DNA from: Rotaria socialis
Lineage: Eukaryota
DNA: 64,000 bases
Direction: 5' to 3'
Assembly (NCBI GenBank): GCA_905331295.1
Contig: CAJNYD010000020.1
Location: 124,001 to 188,000, forward strand
In this document: in pieces, positions 25,836-40,096 of the stretch
Numbering within the stretch: the first letter of the stretch is position 1
How the letters are laid out: each line of letters opens with the position of its first letter
The notes under the pieces: generated by a model
Database searches by the model: none
What the model saw: the letters and a program-made list of their open reading frames with translations, nothing else
What the model was told of the DNA's origin: nothing
Program-made: the position numbers and the translations under genes

Positions 25836-28800
25836 ATGGAGCAGATGGACACAACACAAACGCTTTCATTAATAAGCAAATCTAGGTTTGTTTTCAACAC
25901 AAATGTTTAATTCGAATAAAAAACTCTTCGATATGTTTTAGTGGACTTCAACATGAGAATCAGAGTAGTACAACTATTGATATGCTTAAAGATTGTTCTC
26001 CATGTAATAATAAATTAATAAAATTCTCAGATAAACATGCAAAATTTTTAATTGACAATCTAAACTTATTAAGAAAACAAAAAGAATTATGTGATGTTAT
26101 TTTAATGATTGGGCAAAGTCAAATTCCAGCTCATCGAGCCGTACTTTCTGGTAATAATTTTTAAATAAAATATACGAAATAATCTTGTTTTTATTGTATC
26201 TAGCGTGTAGTCCATATTTCAAAGCAATGTTCACTGGTGAATTAGCTGAAAGTCGAAAAACAGAAATAATTATACATGATATCGATGAATTTGCAATGGA
26301 ATTATTAATTGAATTTTGTTATACTTCAAGAATTATTGTCGACGAAAAAAATGTCCAAATGTTATTACCAGCTGCTTGTATTCTACAAGTAATCAATAAG
26401 ATTTATTTTATAGAAAACACAACATAAACAATAAATCATATTTTATTCTCCGCTTTTTTGAGAATATTCATTTTATATTAAAAAATACAATATGTAGACA
26501 TTAGATAATTTTCAAGCTAAAAAGTACAGTCCATATTCATTGGATATTTTAAAAATGTGTTTATCAAAGTATCCTCTAAGATTCGTAATATATTCTTCAA
26601 TAACAATAAGATAAAGCCAAATATGAGAATATATATCAGACGACATTCAAAATCTGAAGCAATCACTAGATGAAATAACTGAGCTTTCTATAGAATTTTC
26701 ATTTTACTATGAGTTCTTCAGGATGTTGATTATAGTCATCAAGACCGTAGGAGTGGTATTGAACATTACTATTTGTTATTTATCGTAGTCCATAGCTATG
26801 TATTGCCTTTTAGTAGGATTAGTATGATAAATATTTTTTGTTATTGTACTATTTATAAAGATTCTGTAAGGACCTGAAAGACGGCCAGTTAAATAGTTTT
26901 AATTCGAGAGAAAAATTTTTGTTTTTATTTAAATTAATGAATTCATATTTTTATAGATTTAATTCTAAATCAAGTTATTTTTGAAAGCGAAAATAGTGTA
27001 GACAGTTAAGAACCTTTTCCCCTATGTTTTCGGCCAATAAATGAAAACACGTCAACATCACGAATTGAATGTTTTTGTTGTTTTTATAAATAGAATAGTT
27101 ACCCATCAAAGATTTCTGTTGATCGATTTGTTTCGTTTTGTCTTGATACATTATAAGTTGAAACGTTTGATATGAGATTATCGTTGAGAATTTTATTATG
27201 ACAATGTGTCTCGTTTCGACAAGTATTGTTAATATTTAATAGAGAAAATTTTACTCTTGTATAGGGAAGAACAAACATTTTAAAAGTAATTATATATTTA
27301 TATCATTTGATAAAGAAAAAAGTTCGAAAGCAAAATGCAGTGTAAACGACTGATTCTTAATTGATTTGCTTCATTTAATAATGTTTGAATTTAGATTGAA
27401 GAAGTTCAAATAACTTGCTGCGAATTTCTTCAAAAACAACTTGACCCATCGAATTGCTTGGGAATCCGAGCATTTGCTGATACACATTCATGTCGAGAAC
27501 TTTTACGTATTGCTGATCGGTATGCTCAACAACATTTTACTGATGTTAAAGAAAGTGAAGAATTTTTATGTTTACCTATCAATCAATTAATTGATATTAT
27601 ATCAAGCGATGAATTAAATATGACATGTGAAGAAGATGTTTTCAATGCTGTTATGCAATGGATTTCATGTGATCTTCAACAAAGAAAACAATATTTACCT
27701 AAAGTAAAATTATCATTTACACTAATAGAAACAAAATCAAAATATTAAAAAAGAAACATTATTTACTTAGATATTAGAACATGTACGATTTCCATTGATG
27801 AATCCTAGATTTCTTGTCAATACAGTTAGTTCAGATCCATTAATTCGATCTGATCAAGCATGTAGAGATTTAGTTGATGAAGCTAAAGATTATTTATTAT
27901 TACCACAAGAACGTTTGAATATGCAAGGACCAAGAACAAGACCAAGAAAACCAATTCGATCAGGCGAAGTTCTTTTTGCCGGTGGGTTCATTTGATTTGT
28001 TTGCTTCAAATTATCTTAAACTTATATGTTCACTTTTTTTTCTTGGAATAGTTGGAGGTTGGTGCTCAGGTGATGCCATAGCGAGTGTTGAAATGTTTGA
28101 CCCAACAACAAATGAATGGAGAGCTGTAGCACCTATGTCAAAACGGCGTTGTGGTGTTGGAGTTGGTGTATTAAATAATCTTCTATATGCAGTTGGCGGC
28201 CATGATGGTGTTAGTTATTTGAACAGTGTTGAACGGTACAAGTTTTGTTAATTAAGAATCCTTATGCATTTGTTTTCCTTGTTGGTTATTCTCGTATAGA
28301 TTTGATCCTCAAACAAATCAATGGAGTAATGATATAGCACCAACAAGTTCATGTCGAACAAGTGTTGGTGTTGCTGTACTTGATGGTTGTCTTTTTGCTG
28401 TCGGTGGACAAGATGGAATTTCTTGTTTAAATCTTGTTGAAAAGTATATTTAGTTATTGTTATTAATTTCTATATAAACGAAACTCATTCTCTTTTTAAA
28501 GATATGATCCATCCGTTCAACGATGGATTCGTGTTGCCTCGATGGGTACAAAACGGTTGGGTGTAGCCGTTGCTGTTCTCGATGGATATCTCTATGCTAT
28601 CGGAGGATCAGACGGACAATCACCACTTAGTACAGGTAAATGAAAAATTTATCGATAATTTGATTTATTCAAAAATGCTTGTTGTTTCTTTACAGTTGAA
28701 AGATACGATGCAAAAGGCAATAAATGGTTATCAGTAGCATCTATGAATACACGTCGAAAACACCTTGGCTGCGCTGTTTATAATGGATATATATGTATGT

Positions 28801-29633
28801 AGTGTGCGATATTTGATCTCAGAGTAGTGTTGAAGTATATTGCTAGAATTTTGAATTCACGCTCTTGTGTCAGTGACTATAATGGAAACTTAATATACGA
28901 TCAAATAGCGTATATGGATATTATTTCTCGTAAAAACATATGAATTTCTTTTTCTATTAGATATATTAAGGGTTCAGTGACAGGATGACGAAGAAATATC
29001 TTGAAGAATAGATATAAAAGAAATTACCTTATTATAATTAGCAAGAGAAACTACATCATAATAAGATATTTTTGTCTCATAGAGATTGTGTTAACAATAC
29101 TTTCGTTTTAAATTGAATTATTTTATATTTGGATATGAATACATAGATGCTGTGGGTGGTCGAGATGATGCTAAGGAATTATCAACAGCTGAAAGATATA
29201 ATCCAAAACTAAATCAATGGTCACCTGTTGTTGCCATGAATTCAAGGCGAAGTGGAGTAAGACTTGTGCAAAAAAGAAAAAAAAAATTATCTTTGTTAAT
29301 AGGTTGGTTTAGCTGTTGTTAATAATCATTTAATGGCTATTGGTGGATTTGATGTAAGTTCTTAGATTTAATTATCATTCAAATTTAATGTTTTCGGTTG
29401 TCTTTGATTAGGGAGAAGCGTATTTAAAAAGCGTTGAATTATATGATAGTGAATCGAATAGTTGGAAATTAAATGGCGGAATGAATTATCGCCGATTAGG
29501 CGGGGGTGTTGGTGTAATAAAATTTCAACAATTTGATTCAATTTTATATGGATCAAATTCTATATCTAATGTTTTATCAACATCACCAGAAGATCTTAAA
29601 AATCGTTCACTTTCAACATTGGTTGATCTCTGA
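25836..29633 (+). CDS. KLHL20: Kelch-like protein 20 / diablo homolog (BTB-BACK-Kelch)
   Basis: BTB ([32 protein letters not shown]), BACK ([22 protein letters not shown]), [23 protein letters not shown], Kelch repeats, and C-terminal [15 protein letters not shown] typical of KLHL20; multiple GT-AG introns; stop 29631-29633. Confidence 0.92.
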
Positions 29634-31604
29634 ATGACTATTCCGATATTTCTCATGTGTACTTACTTATTTTGTTGCTCTCGGTGTACAATAATTTTCT
29701 TCATTGGGCTCCATCTTTATGTATCAATTTCTTTATTTAATGATAGTCAAAAGAAATATATATATATATATATAAATATATGTTAAATAAATTATCATGT
29801 GCGATGTTTGAAATGAACTTTAATTAAAAGGAAAATATATCTCCAGTTTTAGTTTTGATGCTTTATTTGAAAATAGAGGCTCTAATAAATGATTTCTTAA
29901 TATTGAATTTTACAAATCAATATTGGATTGATATGGATGTAGGTATAATTGTTGGTGGGAATGAGAATGCAAGCAATACCAAAAAGAACAGATCTACATC
30001 CGTTACAGAGTACATTTCGACAACTTATCAAGCAACCATTGAGAGTTCGATTGAAAGGCTACATATCGCAGATGATAGAGTAACTCATTCTATGAACACT
30101 GAGTGAGTAACTGTATTCACACAGAACTGTGAAGTTTATTACTGTACGATAACTTTTGTTTATGGATCAATTGATCGTTATGTTTGTTTATCATGATAAT
30201 GAGTTCACACCCATACAATTCTCTCTCAAAACTTTACAATGAAGTGAATTTTCGCAATGACAGAGAAGAATTAGAATATTTTTAACTGATTACAGGGAAG
30301 AGATATTTCTAAAACAACAACCATGGATTAGATTCTGCTCTCCAATTACATATTTATGAAGTTAATAGAAAAAGAAGTAAATATATGATGAATGGTAGTA
30401 AAATAATCGCTCAAAATTCATATTGATTGTGTATTTGATTTTTTACACCAATAGTCATTTAAGATGACGCCAATAAAAAAACGATTGAATAAAATCAATA
30501 AAATTTCAGTTGGATCTTATTCATACTTCTAAAATGATTAGTAAAATATTCATTTGAGAATAATATTGGGTATTTCAAACTGTTTGTAAATGTTTTTATT
30601 TATTTTGTGTCTTGTTGACTCTGAGTTGATGCGAAAATTTTCATTGATGATTCACTTTTTTAAAGAACATATCTCATAAAATGTTATACAATACCAAGTT
30701 ATGTTCAGTTTTAGATGATGTTTTATGAAACAATTGTTTTATCTGTGTGCCACCATAATAACATATATGATAAATAAAGACAGTTAAAATAAGAATACGC
30801 TTAATAGTCTGAAAGGGCTTTTTCCTTTTTTGTTTAGTAACTCACTTTTATCAGGCTAAAATAAATTAGATTGAACTAAAACACTTACAAACAATTCTTA
30901 TCATTTAATCGGAATACGAAATATCCACATTTCTATGCATGTTTATACATGTCAGAGAAGAAAAAGAGACGAAGATAGATACAATTTTCATAAGTCATAA
31001 CATACGTAATATTAAAACACTGCATTCTATTCTATAGATCGGCGTAAATTGTGAATTTATAGAAATTTCAAAGTAATATCGTTCCAAAAATATCGAAATA
31101 TCTTAGAATTTGTCTGTCTTGACATCTATGATATTATAGTTACTGATTATCTCATGCCCACTTGAATTATGTCGTATTTCATTCTTCTACCGTTCTTTTA
31201 GCTGTTCGCAATAAATCGTAAATATATATATATATAATAAAAATAAAATAAAATCTTTTATAAATAGTATCACATTGCAACTGCAGTGATTATACTGGCA
31301 CCGCGTTTAGCTAGATCTTGAAGAAGTCTGATTCATGCTTAATGCATACTAACTTAAAATGATGACAAAATAAAAAATATCCAATAATTTTTAGCTGAGA
31401 TCAATTTTCAAATATTTAATCGGGAGTTTCTGATAGTTTGGATTGTAATGAAGTCTTAATAAATCGATTAAATCGTTCGGTCAATATTTTTCTTGGAAAT
31501 ATTCATAAAGAGAAAATAAATAAAACTTTATAAACTCAAGTTGAATGGTATAAATTCTCTAGGTCTTTTCCGTTTCTATCCAAGACCTCTTTTCAAAAGT
31601 TGTC

Positions 31605-34600
31605 ATGGAATTTCGATTTATTAGAATACTTTTACTAGTTTTCATTTGGGTACCATTTGTGACATCTTACTATGAGTGTAATCAACGATTGGTTCTATGT
31701 GGCTGTGGCCTGAAAAATGTTGAGATGAATGTGCATATCGCGAACGGCGAAGATGCAGTTCCGCACAGTTGGCCAATGATTGTATCATTAAGATATGATT
31801 GTCTTAATAATGGGAATGTCTCCACTCATTGTTGTAGCGGTACTATCTTAAGTGATTCATATATACTCACAGCTGCTCATTGTGTTGAAAACATAAATGA
31901 ATCTAGTCTCTTACTCGGTAAAATTACTATTGCTACTGGCATTTATAGTCGATCTCAACAGTGTCAAACAATTAGAAAAGTTGACCAAATTTTTATTCAT
32001 CCTAATTGGACAGCACATGTAAATGGATTCAGAAATGATATTGCCATACTTCATTTAACTGAATCACTTGATTTTTCGACGAACTTATTAATTGCTCGCA
32101 CCTGTTTACCATCCCAATCGAATTCCACCAATGATATCACGAAATATCCACCATCCAATAGTTCTCTTGTTGTGATTGGATGGAATTTTCGTACGACTTT
32201 AAATTCTACTGCACGCGATATACTACAACAGGCAACTCTTATATCAATACATCATAATCATTCGTCGTGTGCCGCATCTATTAACCATATTGAAACACAA
32301 TTTTGCGCAGGACGGTACGAAGGCTGCAAAGGTAATTTGTATGATTCAAAAATTTCATATTATTCTTGAACATTTTTTAATTTTCGCTTAAGGAACATGC
32401 GTGGGTGAGTAGGGAGTAGTTTTCATTGCTGTCTTTTTTATCTAGATTTAAATAAGTAGGCGAGTCCGGTGGTCCAATACTTCGATGGATCGGTGATCGA
32501 TGGGAGCAAGTTGGTATCGTTTCGTATGGGTTAGACAATTGTGAATCAGCTAATCATCAAATGATTTTTACACGAATTACTGCGTACTATGATTGGATCG
32601 AAAGAGTTATGAATCAAAGGAATTCTACAGCCATAACGACGGCAGCAACAGCTACAGCAACAGCAATAACAACCATCAATCGTCCATTATCTGTTTATAG
32701 ATGTAGTAAGAATAATACATTATGTGGATGTGGTTTTAATAATGTTGCATTAACAACTACGAGAATTGTTGGCGGCGAGGAAGCAATTCCATACAGTTGG
32801 TCGATGATTGTATCTCTCCGATATGATTGTCTTAATAATGGTAATTTTACAACTCATTGTTGTGGTGGAACTATTTTAAACAGTTATTATATTCTTACGG
32901 CTGCTCATTGTGTTGATAAAATAAATCTATCTTCAGTATTGTCACAAAATATTACTATTGCTGCTGGAATTCATAATCTAACAGAAATCAATCAAACCAT
33001 ACGACGCATTGATCAAATTTTCATTCATTCTGATTATACTGGCTTAGCAGATATGTTTAAAAACGATATCGCTATACTTCATTTGAGCGAACCTCTTGAT
33101 CTTGATACAAATTCACGTCTTAGTCGAACTTGTCGGTCATCCCGCGTATACACCCAGGAAGATATTAGGCAATATCCATCGAATGGATCCAAACTGGCTG
33201 TTGTCGGCTGGGGTCTTTTAAATAGACCTTTTAATATAAAACCTCAACTGTTGCAGCAATTGAATATTTATGCAATTCATCATATACATCCGACATGTGC
33301 ACAATATATTGGTTATGTTGATGTACAATTTTGCGCTGGAGTGTACGATGATACTAAAGGTAAATAGTTTTCTTTTATATGTATAGCGTAATTAAACCAC
33401 AGTATATTTATTCACACATTTCCTTTTTAGGCCCATGCAATGGTATGATAAACTGAATCAGATTGATCAATTGAATATTTTTCTTGTTGATTTTCTTATT
33501 AGGTGATTCGGGTGGACCAGTCATGCAATGGTTAGATGACCATTGGGAACAAGTTGGTATAGCTTCTTATGTAGTAAGAGGTTGCGCATCCTATGGCTAC
33601 CCAAGTGTTTACACCAGACTTGCTTCTTTTCATGATTGGATCGAATGGATAATAAACCCAAGCAATTATACAACAACTACAACAACAATTGCCTATCGCC
33701 CACCAAATGTTTACAGTTGTAATAATAGGAATACGTCATGTGGATGTAGTAAAGTAAACGTTGCTTTTTCATCATTAAGAATAATTGGTGGTGGTGAAGC
33801 TGTTCCATACAGTTGGTCGATGATTGTATCTCTCCTATATGATTGCCTTAATAATGGTAATTTTACAACTCATTGCTGTGGTGGAACGATTTTAAACAGT
33901 TATTATATTCTTACGACTGCTCATTGTGTTGATAAAATAAATCTATCTTCAGTATTGTCACAAAATATTACTATTGCTGCTGGAATTCATAATCTAACAG
34001 AAATCAATCAAACCATACGACGTGTTGATCAAATTTTCATCCATCCTGAATATGCTGGACAGCAAGATTTGTTTAAAAATGATATTGCTATCCTTCATTT
34101 GAGTGAACCTCTTGATCTTGATACAAATCCATTTATTACACAAACCTGTCGTCCACTTCGAATGAATTCATCAGAAAATATCATGGCGTATCCATCGAAT
34201 GGATCCAAACTGGCTGTTGTCGGTTGGGGTGCTGCGAATAGACCCGCTAACATCAAACCTCAGTTGCTACAACAATTGTATATCCGTACAATTCATCACA
34301 ACGATTCGACATGTGCAAGATCTATCGGACATGTTACTGTACAATTTTGTGGCGGAGTATACGAAGGTGGTAAAGGTAAGAATTTCCTAAAATTTATTTT
34401 GATAGCAGTGTTATCTTTTTTCTGTCATTTTCTTAATCTAGGAATATGCTATGGTATGTCATTCTATTTCAATTTTGAGTAAATGGAGTTCGTCGTATCT
34501 TTCAACATGTTTTTTTTAATAATAGGTGATTCTGGTGGTCCAATTTTCGAGTGGTTAGGTGATCGTTGGGAACAAGTTGGTATTTCTTCATATATGATGA

Positions 34601-34851
34601 ATGGATGTGCGTCAGTAGGCTATCAAAGTGTTTTTACACGGCTTGCTGCATTTTATGATTGGATCGAAGAAGTTATAAATCAAAGTAATGCTACAACATT
34701 ATCTTCTTTTAAAACTTCTACAGCTCCTACTACCAGTAATACAACTACATTTTCAAATAATACAACGACCAATAACGCTGCTAATAATCCTAATAGCTAT
34801 TTTGGTATATGTGGAAGTTTCTTCGTCGTTGTGTTTCAGTTAATTCACTAG
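31605..34851 (+). CDS. Secreted three-domain S1 (chymotrypsin-fold) serine protease with hydrophobic, possibly GPI-signal, C-terminus
   Basis: Signal peptide; three sets of TAAHC/TTAHC, NDIAILHL and G(E/D)SGGP; Thr-rich linkers; each domain has two short introns around a 12-nt exon; C-terminal Ser/Thr/Asn stalk plus hydrophobic tail. Confidence 0.9.
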
Positions 34852-35527
34852 GTATACTCCTTTCGTCATATAGACTATCCGACTATCACATTATGTATAC
34901 ATACATAAATATGTAGCTAACTGTATGTGTAGTTATTTTTGTTATCCATGACTATTCGTATCTAGATCTTCTTTCACCTTGTAGAAATACTGTTTCTATT
35001 AAACTTTTTCCTTTCTCACGTATTAATAAGCTAAATATTGGCCATGACTTCTGGCTAGCAGAATTAACGTTACTATATACAACACTTCAGCTTTTTTTTA
35101 TACGTATTAGATCTGTTTTATGTAGCTATGAGTACATCAATGTGTTTTTTAACGCTTTCGTGTATCGTTGGTATGACAGATGCTGTTGATGATAGTTGAT
35201 CTATAATGTTCTCAATTGTCTTTTGACGCATCTATAATGCAGCAATGTGGTGGAACCATTCTTTTAGTCTCATATATGTTTATTAATGCTCGCTTTGTGT
35301 GAGATCTTTCAGAACGAACCAAGATGGGTGGGCGCGGAGAAAAAGTTCAGATTCAGACACCTTCATGCTTATTTTGCTCTACTGCAAAGCAGTCTGATGC
35401 TCTGGCAATGAAACCAGATATCTTCCTATTTCTCGTCATCGTCAACAAGTTGTTTTTTTAATTATCATCTAATCTATAAAAACACTTTCGAATCCAGACG
35501 TATCTTTTGAGACATGAAAAGCGTCAT

Positions 35528-37273
35528 TTATTTAAAATGAAGTAGAATAGTAAATATTGTGAAAAATAGTATAAAAGGTGAACATAGGTCATACGAAGAG
35601 ACCAAGCCTAAATAGAAAAAAATATCAATTAATAATATGAAAAGTTTCATTTACCATTTGTTAAATAAATTTGACATTCTTCGTTCATATCTTTTGGTAA
35701 TCGATCTTCAAGCAATTGTTTTAGTGTTGCTATCGAACAGATAGTATTTTCACATCCTATACGTATCAATAGTATCATTTATGTTATATTTTGTTTCTTA
35801 CCAGGTAATTGAATTGGATATGCTGTCCGACCGTTGGTCATGTTGAGATATTCGAGTTGAATACCATATGAATCGTTATCTACGCAATACCTTTATATGT
35901 TTCTTGAATAATAACTTAGAACATCTACCTAGTCGATAAAGATCAAAGAAGAGTGCACTGGCGAGAGGAGGTTGATGTGGATAATTAATGCCCAAAAATG
36001 AGAGAATAGCCGCGATTATTGTTTCATGCTAAATAATTTATCAGTCAATCGAAAATGTCCTCTCATATTGCGCTGATACATACTCCTGAATAAATTTTAG
36101 CTTTTCGCCTTTTCGATTTATTCAATATTAAATCTTCAATATTTTCTAATATATCACGTAGTAATGGACCTATCGACGAGATTATATTTAATATAATAAA
36201 AGAATCATTAATGCTACTTTATAAGAACGAACCACCGCGTAGACGATTAATTTCAGACATAAACATGAGGTGATAAGCTGCTATATCGGATATATATTGA
36301 AGTTGGTGAATAACAGCTGGAGTGGCCCATAATGGTGCAATATTATAAGATTTCTGACAAAATAAAATGAAATTCTTTCATTGTGATTAAACATAATAAA
36401 TCGAAAATAATTTATTTACTTCGATTAAGACAGTATCAGAAATAGCCCATGCATCAAATAGATCCGATACTGGTTGCTTCGTATTTTTTTCAAGATATTC
36501 AAATAAATCCTGATTAAAAACGAATTAATTCATTTTTTTAAAATGATGAATAAAAAAGCGATCTCACTCGAAATTGACTATTAATATTTTGAATTCGTTC
36601 ACTCTTTTTCATTTGTTTTACTAGTGCTGTATACTGAGCGCAATCACTAACACCTAATAACTGACAAAATCAAGAGAAATTATACTTTAAGAGAAATATC
36701 AGTGATTGGAATCCACTAACAGTGTCCATTGAGTTTGGTACTGTATGAACAGGAATGGGCTGCCATGGAAGATTTTCTGGCCAAGTATTAATCGAAACTA
36801 AAGAATCGATCGAGATATTGATATTTGATGCCGGGTAAAGACCGAATAAAGTTAAATAGGCAGACATTAACGTTCGATCATAGTCAGAACTTCGGACAAA
36901 AATCTAAAGCTTCAAATAGGATTTAAAAAAATATTAAATGAAACAATTACTTCTGATGCAACATAAGTAGAATTCAACAACGTTGAATAACGTTCTCGAA
37001 AATATTGACCAAGATGAATATGTTGAAACTTACCACGGACTGTTAACGAACCGAGTCCATTGGACCAAAAAGATAAATCATTTGGGTCCGACGGATATAA
37101 CATTGTCGGTGATCGTTCCCCATGACGAAATAACTAAGGCATCGTATAAATTACTTAAATATATAGTCCATATTTTAGCTTACTATGTGAGTACCAATGA
37201 GTTGACGAGCAAAATTAGCTGGATTGAATACAGAAAGAAGAAGACTAACAACAACAGCAACCGATGGAGACAT
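35528..37273 (-). CDS. Histidine acid phosphatase (lysosomal/prostatic type), multi-exon
   Basis: Signal peptide MSPSVAVVVSLLLSVF; RHGERSP motif; VRSSDYDRTLMSA; WQPIPVHTVP; RLRGGPLL; YSGHE; PPLASALFFDL; hydrophobic C-terminal tail; stop 35528-35530. Confidence 0.9.
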
Positions 37274-37956
37274 TTTTATTGCTTCGATAATATCAATCGT
37301 GGTAAATGTAAGAAGCAAAGAGAAAACGAATAATTCCTATACAAATACACGTATATAGAAGGATGTCTAACAAACAATAAGACAAGAGCAACCATTGACA
37401 ACGATAAGGATACTACTCAAGTAATGCATGCATAAAAAGAACATAGTTATTTTCTAGTATGGATGTATATAGGACAAAATAGTTTTCCTTTGTGTTTTGA
37501 TATCCCTTTTGTACACGTCGATATTATATGTCTACAAGTAAAAAGATAACTTACTATGGAAATAATCATTTTAATTTTTTTAAATAGCAATATAACTATT
37601 TGAAGAATCTGACATGAATAATGATTTACTAAATTATGAAACCAAAAGTAATACCATAAACTGTAAGAGTAGGTCGAAAATAAATATTATATTTTTCAAT
37701 CATAGGGATTGTATTCCATCAACATCATTCTGTGTGTAAATTGTTGAAGTTTTTCGATACATTTAGAATCGTTAACAGAATTTGTTTTTCTCATAAGATA
37801 TATTTACTTCTAGAGAATCTGCTACTTATGATAATGTTTCATCATATATATATATATGTATATATACTTAAACCCACACCCTGTATATACTGATGAAACG
37901 TATAAGATTTATCCCCAAATACTTTAGAACTTATTCAAGTACAAGGCATTTCATAC

Positions 37957-38308
37957 ATAATTAGGAAAAAGGAAAATATAAAATTTTCCTTCCTAGGAAT
38001 TCGAGTTCTATGGTGAAAAAAGGAAAATTTGAAGAATTTCATCGGCAGTTAGTAATCGATAGTCAAAGTTTGAATTTTATCTTAAGTACAACTACTATTA
38101 TTTTGGGAGAGCACCCCTTCGTATAATTCCCTGATCAAGATCGAAATTTCACACAGACCTCCTAGGAGTTCTTTCTTCCCACAAGTTGCTTGAGAAATTC
38201 ATTTTCCAGTGTCTTTTTGGCATACACAACCTCCAGATAGTTCTGATCTCCAAATCGAATTTATATGAAAAAAAAGAAAAACTTCTTCTTTTCCTTTTTC
38301 TTAATTAT
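37957..38308. repeat. Possible TIR element (ATAATTAGGAAAAAGGAAAA ... TTTTCCTTTTTCTTAATTAT)
   Basis: 20-bp inverted repeat with one mismatch bracketing ~350 bp; TSD unclear. Confidence 0.35.
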
Positions 38309-38912
38309 ACATTTCCATATTAATAAGCTGTCTAAAACAAAATCAATAAACTATTTTGGCTGATACACTTATACTGTTGTCTTATTTCTATGACGCTTTC
38401 TTCAGTATGCCAATGTGTTTAATATCTTAATATTTCCTTAATCAAAATGATTTCATCTGTCTAGGTTTTGATTTATAACATCATTCGTTTAATCTCAAGA
38501 TAGTGTTATTTACAAGAATAGTTCAAGTATTCAATTTCAGTTTCGTTGATGATTGATTATAGTTTTCTTCAACAAAAGACTATTGACCATACACAACAGG
38601 AGATTGCTTCATACAAAAAATCACTTATAGATTGATAAAACATCTTTAAAAAGTTCCGGCACATCTCAAGTGCAGATCAATCACCAGCCTCCCATCTTTG
38701 ACACCACGGGAGAAAAGAAACCAAGAATTCGGTTCTATTTTTGCTGAAATTGATGTTCACTAGCGCCCTCTTCTATATGACTAATCGTATTTAATTTTCG
38801 GAGTCCTTTTGACTGCAATAATGTTGCTGTAAATTAACATTGAGCATTGCTCTATTCGTTTTCTTGTTTATAAGAATTTTTTTTTAATAAAATAATTTGT
38901 TTAATCTGAGAG

Positions 38913-40096
38913 ATGGCTGTTGACTCAACATATATGTCAGCATCTGTGAAATCCTATCCATTGTCAACGTCAGATAAATTAGCATTAAATAAAGAAGAAA
39001 TAATTGTTAAAGATGATGAATTAACATGGGATGAAGAATGGCATAATTTTCGTGTTTGGTGTTATAATTCGAAATATCGTGAAGTTTGTGGAAGAGATGG
39101 TTTAGCATGGGCAAAAATAGCTCTTTTCTATTTTGTATGGTGCATGTTTATGGCTGGTATATTTGCATCGTTTGTTGGTATTTTTATGGCTATTGTTGAT
39201 AAACGTATACCACCATATAGAGGAAATTCAAGTGCTATTGCTTTGGATACATCTCGACCGAATCCAGGTAAAATAAATACAGAAAGAACGACTATTTTTT
39301 CTTAAATAATTTTTTTTTATATTAAAGGTCTTGGCTTTCGTCCTCAAATAAGTGTTCAAAAAACTTTAATAAAATATCGTTCATCACATCCTGAGTCATC
39401 GGGCTATCATCATGGTTGGAGTGCATATAAAAATCAACTCGATGAATTTCTAGCTTATTATACAGAAGTTGATTCTCGATATCAACGAGCCATCGATTGC
39501 AGTGGAGTGCCCATTAACAAACTTCGTCCACAATTTTATGAAGGAAAATCATGTCGTTTTGATATTAATATGTTTCGAAACCGTCAAACACCATGTGTTA
39601 CACAGCGAAATTTTGAATACAATTTTGGTCGCCCATGTGTTCTTTTAAAACTTAATAAAATTTATGATTGGGAACCAATTACATATCAAAATGCTGCTGA
39701 AGTACCCGAGCAATTTAAAGGTAAAGTGATTAAATATAAATAAATGAAATAATTTCATTGTACTATTTCAAATATTTAGCTTTATGGGACAGTGAATTTT
39801 CTGATTATGTATTAGTTGAATGTAATGGAGAAAACGATGTCGATCGAGATTTTATATATGAAATAGAATATTTTTCTCAAATGAATACAACAAGAATAGG
39901 TGGGTTTCATCGTAATTTTTTTCCATTTGTCAATCAAGATGGTTACCGAAGTCCATTAGTTTTTGTTCATTTTAAAAAAATTGAAACGAATGTTTTAATT
40001 AATGTTGAATGTCGTGCTTATGCACAAAATATTGATCATAGTGATAGTCTTGAATTTAGACGTGGAAGCGTTCATTTTGAATTAATTGTTGAATGA
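38913..40096 (+). CDS. Na+/K+-transporting ATPase beta subunit (nervana-like), 3 exons
   Basis: GRDGLAWAKIALFYFV transmembrane region, NPGLGFRP, YNFGRPCVLLKLNKIYDWEP, GYRSPLVFVHF, INVECRAYAQNI, RRGSVHFEL; exons about 38913-39268, 39328-39721, 39780-40096. Confidence 0.93.
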
